Source of the DNA: a virus
Lineage: Duplodnaviria > Heunggongvirae > Uroviricota > Caudoviricetes
Virus record (IMG/VR): IMGVR_UViG_3300042892_004104
Length of the DNA: 64,000 bases
Strand: one strand, 5' to 3'
A program made the position numbers and the translations under genes. Of this stretch, positions 9,168 to 17,032 are shown in pieces. The notes beneath the pieces are model-generated. The model searched no databases. It was given only the letters and a program-made list of their open reading frames with translations, and was not told where the DNA came from. Every line of letters starts with the position of its first letter. Within the stretch, counting starts at the first letter, position 1.

Positions 9168-9183
9168 AGCAGTGTTAGTTTCA

Positions 9184-9271
9184 GGAATGGTCCCATAATG
9201 GTATTGGAGCGGCTTGCTAAGCCGTCGGTCGGTTAAACGGCTTCTCGGTTCGAGTCCGAGTCATTCCGCCA
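9184..9271 (+). tRNA. tRNA-Ser (GCT), class II
   Basis: Acceptor ggaatgg/tcattcc, anticodon loop ttgctaa, long variable arm, T-arm ctcgg-ttcgagt-ccgag, GCCA. Confidence 0.8.
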
Positions 9272-9279
9272 AGTTTTAT

Positions 9280-9355
9280 TCCTCAGTAGCACAGCGGTAG
9301 TTGCGCGACACTGTTAATGTCGATGTCCGTGGTTCGATCCCACGCTGAGGAGCCA
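9280..9355 (+). tRNA. tRNA-Asn (GTT)
   Basis: Acceptor tcctcag/ctgagga perfect, anticodon stem cgaca/tgtcg with loop ctgttaa, T-arm cgtgg-ttcgatc-ccacg. Confidence 0.8.
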
Positions 9356-9407
9356 AACAAATCCATACTCTCCCTTGAAAAGTTAGGTCCCTGGATTTTT
9401 CTTTTTT

Positions 9408-9481
9408 GCCCTACTAGTACAATGGCAGTACACTGGTTTTGTAATCCTGTGATGGCAGTTCGATTCTGTCGTGGGGCACCA
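9408..9481 (+). tRNA. tRNA-Thr (TGT); anticodon stem has two U-U mismatches
   Basis: Acceptor gccctac/gtggggc, D stem gtac/gtac, loop tttgtaa, T-arm ggcag-ttcgatt-ctgtc, ACCA. Confidence 0.55.
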
Positions 9482-9489
9482 CTTTTTAT

Positions 9490-9561
9490 CCCGGTTGTAG
9501 TGTAATGGCAACACAGGTCCGTATACAACCAATGAAGGTTCGATTCCTTCCTCCGGGGCCA
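9490..9561 (+). tRNA. tRNA-like element with good T-arm (gaagg-ttcgatt-ccttc) and GCCA end but no identifiable anticodon arm (possible pseudo-tRNA)
   Basis: Read directly; acceptor cccggtt/ctccggg has two mismatches. Confidence 0.3.
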
Positions 9562-9567
9562 CTCAAT

Positions 9568-9645
9568 GCGTCTTTAGCTCAGTCGGAATAGAGCACTGGT
9601 TTACGAAGCCGGGGGCCGGGAGTTCGAGTCTCTCAGGACGCACCA
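9568..9645 (+). tRNA. tRNA-Arg (ACG)
   Basis: Acceptor gcgtctt/aggacgc, D arm agctcagtcggaatagagc, loop ttacgaa, T-arm gggag-ttcgagt-ctctc, ACCA. Confidence 0.8.
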
Positions 9646-9652
9646 AACACAG

Positions 9653-9681
9653 TTGACAACATTCTGCGATTGTTGTATAAT
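9653..9681 (+). promoter_or_regulatory. consensus sigma70 promoter TTGACA-17-TATAAT
   Basis: Perfect hexamers; located between tRNA-Arg and tRNA-Lys. Confidence 0.6.
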
Positions 9682-9790
9682 CAAAACTTAAACGAAAGAC
9701 TATATGAAGCGAACAGCTAAAATGTAGTGTCGACCCAGATCCCATGTCGGTCTGGAGTTGGCACTGAAAAGACAATTCACGACTGAGTAT

Positions 9791-9866
9791 GGGATCATAG
9801 TGAAATGGTTATCACAGCAGACTTTTAATCTGCCAATTCCCGGTTCGAGTCCGGGTGGTCCTACCA
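9791..9866 (+). tRNA. tRNA-Lys (TTT)
   Basis: Acceptor gggatca/tggtcct, anticodon stem gcaga/tctgc with loop cttttaa, T-arm cccgg-ttcgagt-ccggg, ACCA. Confidence 0.8.
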
Positions 9867-9968
9867 TATAAAAACACATTATAGCAACGCATGAGCAGGT
9901 TGTTAACTTTCGCTGGCTACGTATAGAATCGTAGGTGAGTAAAGGTAGTGTGTTTCTATATGGTATAA
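9863..9968 (+). repeat. long-stem hairpin element: accatataaaaacaca ... tgtgtttctatatggt (15-bp stem, ~70-nt loop)
   Basis: Complementary arms read directly; member of a recurring family. Confidence 0.6.
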
Positions 9969-10019
9969 CTGTTCAAGTTCAATGGTCACACGCCCTTGCT
10001 TGAATTAGAAGTCGCCATA
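9951..10019 (+). repeat. ~69-bp dispersed direct repeat, copy A (gtgtgtttctatatggta...ttcaatggtcacacgcccttgcttgaattagaag.cgccata)
   Basis: Near-identical to 11202-11270. Confidence 0.7.
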
Positions 10020-10125
10020 TGAAAACATACTGTGAGGCGCTAGTTGCACGGCAAACTTACACAAAGTGCAACCTGTCATGTAATAGTGTACATAAAGATG
10101 ATAAGCAGTGTGTTTCTATATGGTA
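10016..10125 (+). repeat. hairpin element of the same family (ccatatgaaaacatactg ... cagtgtgtttctatatgg)
   Basis: Imperfect complementary arms. Confidence 0.4.
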
Positions 10126-10734
10126 GCTACAGATAAACACATTGGGATTAAATTCTGGTCACCCCAGCGCATAAGAGGTTGCGTACAGTGTGTTTTTCTA
10201 TGGTAAAAACAGAGGTTGACCTAGATCAACTTTGATGTTACAATAAAATTCAAGGGCGGTTTAACGTCCTATAGGCCAGCTTGCTGGTTTATGAAGAATA
10301 ACTGTGGTGACACAGCCAAAGGAGGTATGCCTACATAACTCCGCCAGCAACGGTTCGTTTAAGCAAGCCTGCTCAGGTCCGTGAGGATCCGATCACTGAT
10401 AAGACCGGTGGTTGTAACAATGACGCTGGATGTTGTGGAAAGAACGTCGACTTACAAGCCCGAAAGGGGAACTTGAGTAGATGGAAAGTAACAGGTGGTG
10501 CTGACTTCACAACTAAACCAGTCCAGTTAATTGGCATGAGAAAGGGTAGCGTATTTGTCCGAGGGGTTGCACCCAAGGGCTCGTATGCAGTTTGAGTGGT
10601 TAGTGGATACGTAGCAATACGCAGACATCGATCGCAAAAGACGACTGAGTAGTTCGCAAGACCAAAGGTACGTGGTGTGTTGTATTGTGTAGAGCAAAAC
10701 TTTATGCAGCAACTGAGTCAGCACATCGCAGTAG

Positions 10735-10812
10735 GTTCGTTATAGCTCAATTGGTAGAGCAACTCCCTGTTAAGGAGTAGGCAGAAGGTTCAAATCCCTC
10801 TAACTATTAAAA
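10735..10812 (+). tRNA. pseudo-tRNA-like (D arm gctc/gagc, anticodon arm actcc-ctgttaa-ggagt = GTT, T-arm ttcaaat) lacking a pairable acceptor and CCA
   Basis: Partial cloverleaf read directly. Confidence 0.3.
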
Positions 10813-11142
10813 AGCAAAGACTGACTCGGTCGTGTGTGAAAAGCATCTAATACTTGGCTCGCAAGAGAACCAAGTCTAACCAAGCTCGCAAGGTGAGGTT
10901 AGTTTATGCAGGAAGTTTCGTAACTGTTTAGCGACAGTGAATGGCTCTAAAGGTCAACGGGATAGAAAGCGTAGAATAGCATACGGCGACGTGACTACTG
11001 CCTGTCACTAAAAACGGCGATGTTGGCAACAGACCAGGATACTCTGCAAAGAGACTTGGTGGAAGTCGGAAGAAAGTATACTCGCAAGGTGTACAATAAT
11101 GTCCGAGGTGTTGTTGGAGAGGATGTATTCTCAGTCCTTTCA

Positions 11143-11215
11143 CCATATAAAAACACACTTCCGACAGTAGGCGGAGGTGACAATGTCCATTCGGGTGAGT
11201 GTGTTTCTATATGGT
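11143..11215 (+). repeat. hairpin element ccatataaaaacacac ... gtgtgtttctatatgg (16-bp stem)
   Basis: Arms read directly. Confidence 0.6.
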
Positions 11216-11270
11216 AAAACTATTTGAGTTCAATGGTCACACGCCCTTGCTTGAATTAGAAGTTGCCATA
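11202..11270 (+). repeat. ~69-bp dispersed direct repeat, copy B
   Basis: Matches 9951-10019 with a few substitutions. Confidence 0.7.
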
Positions 11271-11498
11271 GTTGAATACATTCATCATTGGTTGACCCGA
11301 CAGTCTGCTTGGTTAGCAGGGCGGACGCAACGAAGTAGCTTAACTAGCACGATGAAAAAGCCCTTTACGCCGAGAGTGTATTCAACTATGGTTAGTATCA
11401 GAGGATGGGAACGAAACAGGGTTGCTAGTCACAATCAATGTCGTGAACGGGTACTGAGAAGTCGCAAGAGCAGGCTTGACCGCCAGAGGGTAGCGACG

Positions 11499-11611
11499 CC
11501 ATATAAGAACACATTCAACGGTTAGTGGATACCTAGCAACTGGACGCAGGTGCTATCCCAAAGAGCAGGCATGCCGCCGTAAAGCTAGGAAACGAATGTG
11601 TTCTTATATGG
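11499..11611 (+). repeat. hairpin element with 18-bp perfect stem (ccatataagaacacattc ... gaatgtgttcttatatgg), ~78-nt loop
   Basis: Perfect complementarity read directly. Confidence 0.7.
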
Positions 11612-11618
11612 TCAGATC

Positions 11619-11746
11619 ATATACAAACACACTAGCATAGAGTGACGAGCCCGTTTAGCGGCGGGTGTTATGGGTTACTCGAATGTCAATACTTTGGTGA
11701 GTAGCCGGCAAGGCGGTTCGATTCCGTAGTGTGTTTCTATATGGTG
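11619..11746 (+). repeat. hairpin-family element enclosing a tRNA-like fragment (…aaggcgg-ttcgatt-ccgtag), ending in gtgtgtttctatatggtg just before tRNA-His
   Basis: Arms catatacaaacacact / agtgtgtttctatatgg. Confidence 0.4.
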
Positions 11747-11819
11747 TAGTTAGTGTCAGCGGTCAGCACTACGGATTGTGATTCCGTCAGCATGGATTCG
11801 AATTCCATACTATACCCCA
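11743..11819 (+). tRNA. tRNA-His (GTG) with encoded G-1
   Basis: G-1 pairs with discriminator C, acceptor gtgtagt/actatac, anticodon stem acgga/tccgt with loop ttgtgat, T-arm atgga-ttcgaat-tccat, CCCA. Confidence 0.8.
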
Positions 11820-11825
11820 GAATCA

Positions 11826-11900
11826 GGTTGTGTGGCGTAGACGGATGCGCACGGGCTTCATAAGCCCTGGAGGAAGGATCGATACCTTCCACAACCACCA
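11826..11900 (+). tRNA. tRNA-Met (CAT); three G-C pairs in anticodon stem, unusual T-loop atcgata
   Basis: Acceptor ggttgtg/cacaacc perfect, loop ttcataa, ACCA. Confidence 0.65.
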
Positions 11901-12079
11901 GTCAGAGTTTCTGAACAAAAGTCATTGCTGTTTCGACGTTGTTGAAAAACTTCATGGTCAATTTGAAGTTGTCAATATCAAACACAAGAATGTAAAAAGT
12001 GTGTTCTTGACTCATGGACAAGTGTATTAATAATCCAGTCTTGGTGATAGCATTGTAAATATACATGAACGTATTTAAC

Positions 12080-12153
12080 GCGGGGTTCGTATAGTGGTAA
12101 TACCTTAGCCTTCCAAGCTAAAGCGAGGAGTTCGATTCTCCTACCCCGCTCCA
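12080..12153 (+). tRNA. tRNA-Gly (TCC)
   Basis: Acceptor gcggggt/accccgc perfect, anticodon stem ttagc/gctaa with loop cttccaa, T-arm aggag-ttcgatt-ctcct, TCCA. Confidence 0.8.
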
Positions 12154-12159
12154 CATTTT

Positions 12160-12234
12160 GCATCCTTAGCTCAGTGGTAGAGCGTTTCCTTTACACGGAA
12201 AGGGTCCGCGGTTCGAAACCGTGAGGATGTACCA
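12160..12234 (+). tRNA. tRNA-Val (TAC)
   Basis: Acceptor gcatcct/aggatgt, D arm agctcagtggtagagc, anticodon stem tttcc/ggaaa with loop tttacac, T-arm ttcgaaa, ACCA. Confidence 0.8.
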
Positions 12235-12369
12235 AGTTTTGTAGCCATATCCCGGAGATAGGGTAAAGGGTGTTGCGGGAGTCACATGCGCTGCCTGTAT
12301 CATGTGAACCGATAAAGATCGAAGCGCAACTTAATCAGTTTTTGTTCGGCCTGCTACAAATTCAATTTT

Positions 12370-12443
12370 CTCAGTATGGTGAAATGGTATCACTCTTGGT
12401 TTGGGACCAAGGAGCGTAGGTTCGATTCCTGCTACCGAGACCA
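12370..12443 (+). tRNA. tRNA-Pro (TGG)
   Basis: Anticodon stem cttgg/ccaag with loop tttggga, D stem gtga/tcac, T-arm gtagg-ttcgatt-cctgc, ACCA; one A-C mismatch in acceptor. Confidence 0.7.
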
Positions 12444-12449
12444 AGTTAT

Positions 12450-12527
12450 GCACAGGTGGCGGAGCGGCCCAACGCAAGGGATTGCAAATCCCTAAAACCG
12501 TGAGTTCAAATCTCACCCTGTGTTCCA
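12450..12527 (+). tRNA. tRNA-Cys (GCA)
   Basis: Acceptor gcacagg/cctgtgt, anticodon stem aggga/tccct with loop ttgcaaa, T-arm gtgag-ttcaaat-ctcac, TCCA. Confidence 0.7.
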
Positions 12528-12533
12528 CTCAAC

Positions 12534-12625
12534 GGAAAGTAATGCAGCGGGGATGGTCCTGCGACTGGCCTTGAAAACCAGGTTCTCAGAAATGGGATGG
12601 GGTTCGACTCCTCTGCTTTCCACCA
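12534..12625 (+). tRNA. tRNA-Ser (TGA), class II
   Basis: Acceptor ggaaagt/gctttcc, loop cttgaaa, long variable arm, T-arm ttcgact, ACCA. Confidence 0.65.
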
Positions 12626-12649
12626 AATTTTATCACAAAGGAGAATGAT

Positions 12650-13252
12650 ATGCCCAGTGTATTTTTAGTCAGCGACACGCACTTTGGTCACATGGGTGTG
12701 TGCAAGTTTACTCGCAGCGATGGTGTTACAAAACTTCGTCCCTGGGACAGTGCCGAAGAAATGGATGAAGCCATGGTCAAGTCCTGGAACGAAACTGTCA
12801 AGCCCTCTGACAAAGTTTATCATTTGGGTGACGTGGTAATCAACCGCAAGAGCTTGAAGACCCTGGCTCGCTTGAACGGTGATAAAGTTTTGATCCGCGG
12901 TAACCATGACATCTTTAGAGACGACGAGTATCGAGAATACTTTCGAGAACTTCGTGCATACCATGTGATGAACGGCATGATCCTTAGTCATATTCCTGTA
13001 CACAGTGACAGCCTGGGTCGTTTTGGTGTTAACATACACGGACACACTCACGCAAACCGTGTGAAGAAAGCTCGTGGTGTTGACGCCAAGACAGGCACAG
13101 TGTTGTACAGTGATGAAATTGATCCTCGTTATCATTGTGTTTGTGTTGAGCAAACAGACTTTCGACCCATCTTGTTCGAAGACGTGATCAAGCGTATTGA
13201 AGCAGAAGGTGGGTCTGTGGGTTTTCGCAATGGCAACGGACCAACCATGTGA
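12650..13252 (+). CDS. calcineurin-like metallophosphoesterase (phage Ser/Thr protein phosphatase-like)
   Basis: Motifs DTHFGH, GDVV, RGNHD, GHTH in order. Confidence 0.8.
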   Translation: MPSVFLVSDTHFGHMGVCKFTRSDGVTKLRPWDSAEEMDEAMVKSWNETVKPSDKVYHLGDVVINRKSLKTLARLNGDKVLIRGNHDIFRDDEYREYFRELRAYHVMNGMILSHIPVHSDSLGRFGVNIHGHTHANRVKKARGVDAKTGTVLYSDEIDPRYHCVCVEQTDFRPILFEDVIKRIEAEGGSVGFRNGNGPTM

Positions 13253-13294
13253 GTTCAGGAGAGTGTGGGGTATACTTGCACTCTCCGCCATGAC

Positions 13295-13370
13295 GCCGCG
13301 GTAGCTCATCAGGTAGAGCAGCAGATTGAAAATCTGTGTGTGGCTGGTTCGAGTCCAGCTCGTGGCACCA
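13295..13370 (+). tRNA. tRNA-Phe (GAA)
   Basis: Acceptor gccgcgg/tcgtggc, D arm agctcatcaggtagagc, anticodon stem gcaga/tctgt with loop ttgaaaa, T-arm gctgg-ttcgagt-ccagc, ACCA. Confidence 0.8.
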
Positions 13371-13376
13371 AGTCAA

Positions 13377-13451
13377 GTTTCCATAGTTCAAGGGATAGAA
13401 CACATTCCTCCTAAGAATGAAATACAGGTTCGAGTCCTGTTGGAGACACCA
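13377..13451 (+). tRNA. tRNA-Arg (CCT)
   Basis: Acceptor gtttcca/tggagac, anticodon stem cattc/gaatg with loop ctcctaa, T-arm acagg-ttcgagt-cctgt, ACCA. Confidence 0.75.
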
Positions 13452-13497
13452 ACCTCTCCCTGACATACGGAGTACAATGTGATAAGTTGTATGTTTC

Positions 13498-13571
13498 AGG
13501 TCATTAGCTCAAAGGCAGAGCACTAGGTCGACATCCTAGACACAGCGGTTCGATACCGTTATGACCCACCA
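13498..13571 (+). tRNA. tRNA-Val (GAC), low certainty; loop tcgacat has C at position 33
   Basis: D arm gctc/gagc, anticodon stem ctagg/cctag, T-arm agcgg-ttcgata-ccgtt, ACCA; A1-C72 mismatch. Confidence 0.55.
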
Positions 13572-13652
13572 GCCCCAGTAGACAAATTGGCAAAGTCGTC
13601 TCTCTCAAAAGGAGAAATTTAGATGCGGGTTCGACTCCCGCCTGGGGCACCA
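13572..13652 (+). tRNA. tRNA-Leu (CAA), low certainty, 9-nt variable region; directly abuts the previous tRNA
   Basis: Acceptor gccccag/ctggggc perfect, anticodon stem tctct/ggaga with loop ctcaaaa, T-arm gcggg-ttcgact-cccgc, ACCA. Confidence 0.55.
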
Positions 13653-13702
13653 TGTTGTTTCTCTTGACACAAAATTAGTCATTATAAATACACTTAGAGT
13701 TA

Positions 13703-14245
13703 TTGCAAAATCTAATGAAAAAAAATATACTTAAATTTACGCTACGATCAACCAATGTCAACGGATGGCCAATGGTACGTGCTAAATTCAATCAGGACCT
13801 GTTCCGTGATATATGCATTCAACAAGAGCTCACAACCTTTGAAATTTCTGTGCCATTAGAAATTTTACCAAATTGCAAAGTAACCATTGAACGTTACGGA
13901 AAAACGTCAGACAACCAATCTCAAACAGATGATCAAATTGTTGAAATTATTGCTGCAACAATTGATGGATCCCTTGTGCCTGATTTTGTTTTTTCTAAAT
14001 TTTCTAAATTTGAATTTGACAGTCAAAGTCACAACGGCAGTAGATACTTTGGCCCAAATGGTACCTGGATCTTTGAATTTAACACTCCCATAATAACCTG
14101 GTTGTTGGACCAAAAAATAATGCACGAAAGTCAGTACGATCAAAGTTACATTTATCCTTGGAGCTACAAGCTGGGGCCTGACTCAGTAAACACTCTCGGA
14201 TCGCAGCTAGAATCAGTAACTCTCAAAGTAAATAATATTTTATGA
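13703..14245 (+). CDS. hypothetical protein; C-terminal motif shared with 18236-18724
   Basis: FEFNTPIITWLLDQK compared with IPFSTPIYRWLFDNQK. Confidence 0.55.
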   Translation: MQNLMKKNILKFTLRSTNVNGWPMVRAKFNQDLFRDICIQQELTTFEISVPLEILPNCKVTIERYGKTSDNQSQTDDQIVEIIAATIDGSLVPDFVFSKFSKFEFDSQSHNGSRYFGPNGTWIFEFNTPIITWLLDQKIMHESQYDQSYIYPWSYKLGPDSVNTLGSQLESVTLKVNNIL

Positions 14246-15729
14246 GCAAAAAAATAACTTGCATCAGCATTGATTTAATCAATGCCGACAAGCCTCCGGC
14301 TGCATTAGCATTTATGGCAGGAGCCTGTGAAAAGGTCAACGCAGATTATCAATGTATTAGCTTGAACTCAGTGTTTTATCATAAACTATCACAAAAAAAA
14401 TATAATGATATATATTCAAGCGTCAAAATTGGAAATATAGAAAATTTTTTACCTACTGTTGGTCCTGTTGTTCAGAAGATCATAGAACATGTAAAAAATT
14501 TCAACAGCGATTTGATCATGATAAGTGTGTTTAGCTACATGCAATATCAATTGGCAGAATTTTTCTTGCAACTTCTAAAAGAACAAATTCCCAATGTGGA
14601 AATAATTGCCGGGGGGCCAGGAATTGGGCACGAGATACACAGCATGACCAATGGCCGACGGCTACTAGAAAAAAATTTAATAGATTTTTATTGCCTAGGC
14701 GAAGGCGACGAAGTGCTGGTTAATTTTTTAAAAGGTAGTCGCTCTGAACTAGGAATAAACTCAAAAAGCAACTTTTATGAATCCTGGACCCCGCAAATCA
14801 ATGATTTAGATAAACACTATGTATTTCCTAGCTATAAAAAAATTGAGTCAGGCAACTATAAAAATTTAGAAAATAAAAATTCTACAGTGTTTAGCCTAAG
14901 CACAAGTCGAGGATGTGTAAGATCTTGCACTTTTTGTGATGTTGGTAAAACTTGGAAAAAATTTAAATTTAGAAGCGGGTCAAATGTTGTAGATGAAGTA
15001 ATAAAACATCATCAGGATATTGGTGCAGTGCATTTTACCATTGTAGATAGTTTGATCAATGGTAGTTTAAAAAGTTTTCAAGACTTTAATCTTAGAATGA
15101 TCAAAGTCAAACAACAATATCCTGGACTTAAAGATTTTAGTTATAATGGAATGTTTATTGTAAGAGATCGACACTCACACAAAGAAGATCTGTTTAAAAT
15201 TATGAAGCAGGCCGGATGCGACAGCTTGTCCATTGGGGTTGAGACGGGCAGTGATCACCTTCGAGCACAGATGAACAAAAAATTTACCAATAAAGATTTA
15301 GACTATCATTTGGAAATGTGCGACAAGTATGGTATCAGAAATAGCTTGTTTATGTTTGTTGGGTATCCAACAGAGACTGCCAAAGATTTTGAAGAGTCAG
15401 TGGCTATGTTATACAAATATCAACGGTATTTGATCAATGACACTATTATTGGTATCAACCATTCGGGCATCTTTAGTATGTTGCCTGACACCCCGTCATA
15501 CGATCACCGGCAGGAGTTGGGCATTGAAATTGTTGAAGACACCAGCAACACTGGTATTTTAAATTGGATCAATCACAATAACTTAGAATTGACTGTCAAA
15601 GAGAGAATACTAAGAGACCTAGAGTTTAGACAGCATGCACTAGATCTAAGATACCCTGTTCCGTATGCTGCTCGATACCTAGAGTATTTGAGCAAGGTAC
15701 ATCCAGAATTTGTACCTCAAAGTGATTGA
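14242..15729 (+). CDS. B12-binding-domain radical SAM enzyme (class B radical SAM)
   Basis: N-terminal cobalamin-binding-like region, SRGCVRSCTFC (CxxxCxxC), FVGYPTETAKDFEES motif. Confidence 0.75.
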   Translation: MSKKITCISIDLINADKPPAALAFMAGACEKVNADYQCISLNSVFYHKLSQKKYNDIYSSVKIGNIENFLPTVGPVVQKIIEHVKNFNSDLIMISVFSYMQYQLAEFFLQLLKEQIPNVEIIAGGPGIGHEIHSMTNGRRLLEKNLIDFYCLGEGDEVLVNFLKGSRSELGINSKSNFYESWTPQINDLDKHYVFPSYKKIESGNYKNLENKNSTVFSLSTSRGCVRSCTFCDVGKTWKKFKFRSGSNVVDEVIKHHQDIGAVHFTIVDSLINGSLKSFQDFNLRMIKVKQQYPGLKDFSYNGMFIVRDRHSHKEDLFKIMKQAGCDSLSIGVETGSDHLRAQMNKKFTNKDLDYHLEMCDKYGIRNSLFMFVGYPTETAKDFEESVAMLYKYQRYLINDTIIGINHSGIFSMLPDTPSYDHRQELGIEIVEDTSNTGILNWINHNNLELTVKERILRDLEFRQHALDLRYPVPYAARYLEYLSKVHPEFVPQSD

Positions 15730-15792
15730 TCTTGACTATTAGCAATGTAGTCATTGACTAATTGTTAGTCTAACTACAAAAGAAAGAACCAT

Positions 15793-16263
15793 ATGAAAAA
15801 AATTGATCTAGAAAAAGTCTGCGCATTTATTGAAGCTCAGTCGCCGGAAACCAAGATTTATCTGGGTTGCGATAGTGAACGTGTAAAAATAGATGGCGTA
15901 TGGCATGCTGACTATGTGTTGGCCATTGTGGTTCACATCAACGGCAACAACGGCTGCAAACTGTTTGGTGAAGTACATCGAGAACGCGACTATGACTCCA
16001 AGCCCGGCAAACCTGCCATGAGACTCATGACAGAAGTATACAAGGTCAGCGAGTTGTATCTAAAACTGGCCGAAGTACTGGATGGTCGTGATGTTGAAGT
16101 ACACCTGGATATCAATCCTGACGAAATGCATGGCTCAAGTTGTGTGATTTCACAAGCCATAGGCTACATCAAGGGCACATGCAATGTGGTTCCTTTTGTC
16201 AAGCCCGAAGCCTTTGCTGCCAGCTATGCTGCTGACCGTTTTAGGTCACTCCGCGTAGCTTGA
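15793..16263 (+). CDS. hypothetical protein (156 aa)
   Basis: ORF with AAAGAA SD-like sequence upstream. Confidence 0.6.
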   Translation: MKKIDLEKVCAFIEAQSPETKIYLGCDSERVKIDGVWHADYVLAIVVHINGNNGCKLFGEVHRERDYDSKPGKPAMRLMTEVYKVSELYLKLAEVLDGRDVEVHLDINPDEMHGSSCVISQAIGYIKGTCNVVPFVKPEAFAASYAADRFRSLRVA

Positions 16264-16270
16264 CGATTTT

Positions 16271-16344
16271 GCGTGGTTAGTTTAATGGTAAAACTTCTCG
16301 TTGCCAACGAGAGGTCAAGGGTTCGATTCCCTTACCCCGCACCA
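16271..16344 (+). tRNA. tRNA-Gly (GCC)
   Basis: Anticodon stem tctcg/cgaga with loop ttgccaa, T-arm aaggg-ttcgatt-ccctt, ACCA. Confidence 0.75.
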
Positions 16345-16352
16345 AATTATGG

Positions 16353-16408
16353 CCCAGTCCTCTGGCACATGACCTCTTTTAATGTTGTGTGTTACGACTG
16401 GGTTTTTC
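16353..16408 (+). terminator. hairpin (cccagtc ... gactggg, 7-bp stem, large loop) followed by TTTTTCT; possible terminator or processing site between tRNAs
   Basis: Read directly. Confidence 0.3.
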
Positions 16409-16413
16409 TACAA

Positions 16414-16487
16414 GCTCTTGTAGTTAAGTGGTATAACAAATCCATGGTAAGGATTAATCGACAGTTCGATTCTGTACTAGAGCACCA
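16414..16487 (+). tRNA. tRNA-Thr (GGT)
   Basis: Acceptor gctcttg/ctagagc, anticodon stem atcc/ggat with loop atggtaa, T-arm gacag-ttcgatt-ctgtc, ACCA. Confidence 0.75.
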
Positions 16488-16562
16488 GGGCCTTTGGTGA
16501 AATGGATATCATGCTGGTCTTCGAAACCAGCGGTGGGAGTTCGATCCTCTCAGGGCCCGCCA
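16488..16562 (+). tRNA. tRNA-Arg (TCG); abuts previous CCA
   Basis: Acceptor gggcctt/agggccc, anticodon stem ctggt/accag with loop cttcgaa, T-arm gggag-ttcgatc-ctctc, GCCA. Confidence 0.75.
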
Positions 16563-16573
16563 ATAAATACCGT

Positions 16574-16726
16574 ATGAAACTTTTTGAAGCAACCATACGC
16601 ACAGCCGACGGCAAAGAATTCAAAGACCGTGTTGGCGCAGATACAGCTCAAGCAGCTCGATTTCTTCTGCAACAAAAATATGGGCCCAGGGCGGTACCAT
16701 ACATTCCCAAACTTATACCCGGCTAG
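16574..16726 (+). CDS. small hypothetical protein (~50 aa)
   Basis: ATG after the tRNA; the track ORF 16502-16726 overlaps the tRNA, so it is trimmed here. Confidence 0.25.
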   Translation: MKLFEATIRTADGKEFKDRVGADTAQAARFLLQQKYGPRAVPYIPKLIPG

Positions 16727-16753
16727 CAGTTACCCAATAAATAAAGACAGACC

Positions 16754-17032
16754 ATGAATGTTATTAATCACAACTTTTACAAAATTCTACTGCTGAATTC
16801 TGTAGAAAAAAAAGTTGCCGACGAAAGACAAAAATTAATCAACGAATTAATTGATGCCGGTAATGATCCGGTTGTGTGGAAACGAAGATTTAGAATGTTG
16901 TCGCAGTTGAGTCAATGGCACAGCAACATTGTGAAAAAAATTTATCAATTCGAAACAGACTCAATAGAAGAGTATCAACAACTTGACATGGTGTGTCAAG
17001 AACTAGCGACTATAGTATCAAGAAATGCATAA
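16754..17032 (+). CDS. hypothetical protein (92 aa)
   Basis: ORF; stop overlaps the next start. Confidence 0.5.
   Translation: MNVINHNFYKILLLNSVEKKVADERQKLINELIDAGNDPVVWKRRFRMLSQLSQWHSNIVKKIYQFETDSIEEYQQLDMVCQELATIVSRNA

Noticed and set aside
9283-9775. Track ORFs 9283-9528(-), 9317-9505(+), 9563-9775(-)
   Set aside because: Coincide with tRNA-Asn, tRNA-Thr, tRNA-Arg and a promoter; an artefact of stop-poor tRNA sequence
13683-13690. T4-type late promoter TATAAATA upstream of the 13703 gene
   Set aside because: Only one exact occurrence found in the window; insufficient to claim a late-promoter class
16273-16500. Track ORF 16273-16500 (+), 75 aa
   Set aside because: Fully overlaps tRNA-Gly(GCC), tRNA-Thr(GGT) and the hairpin between them
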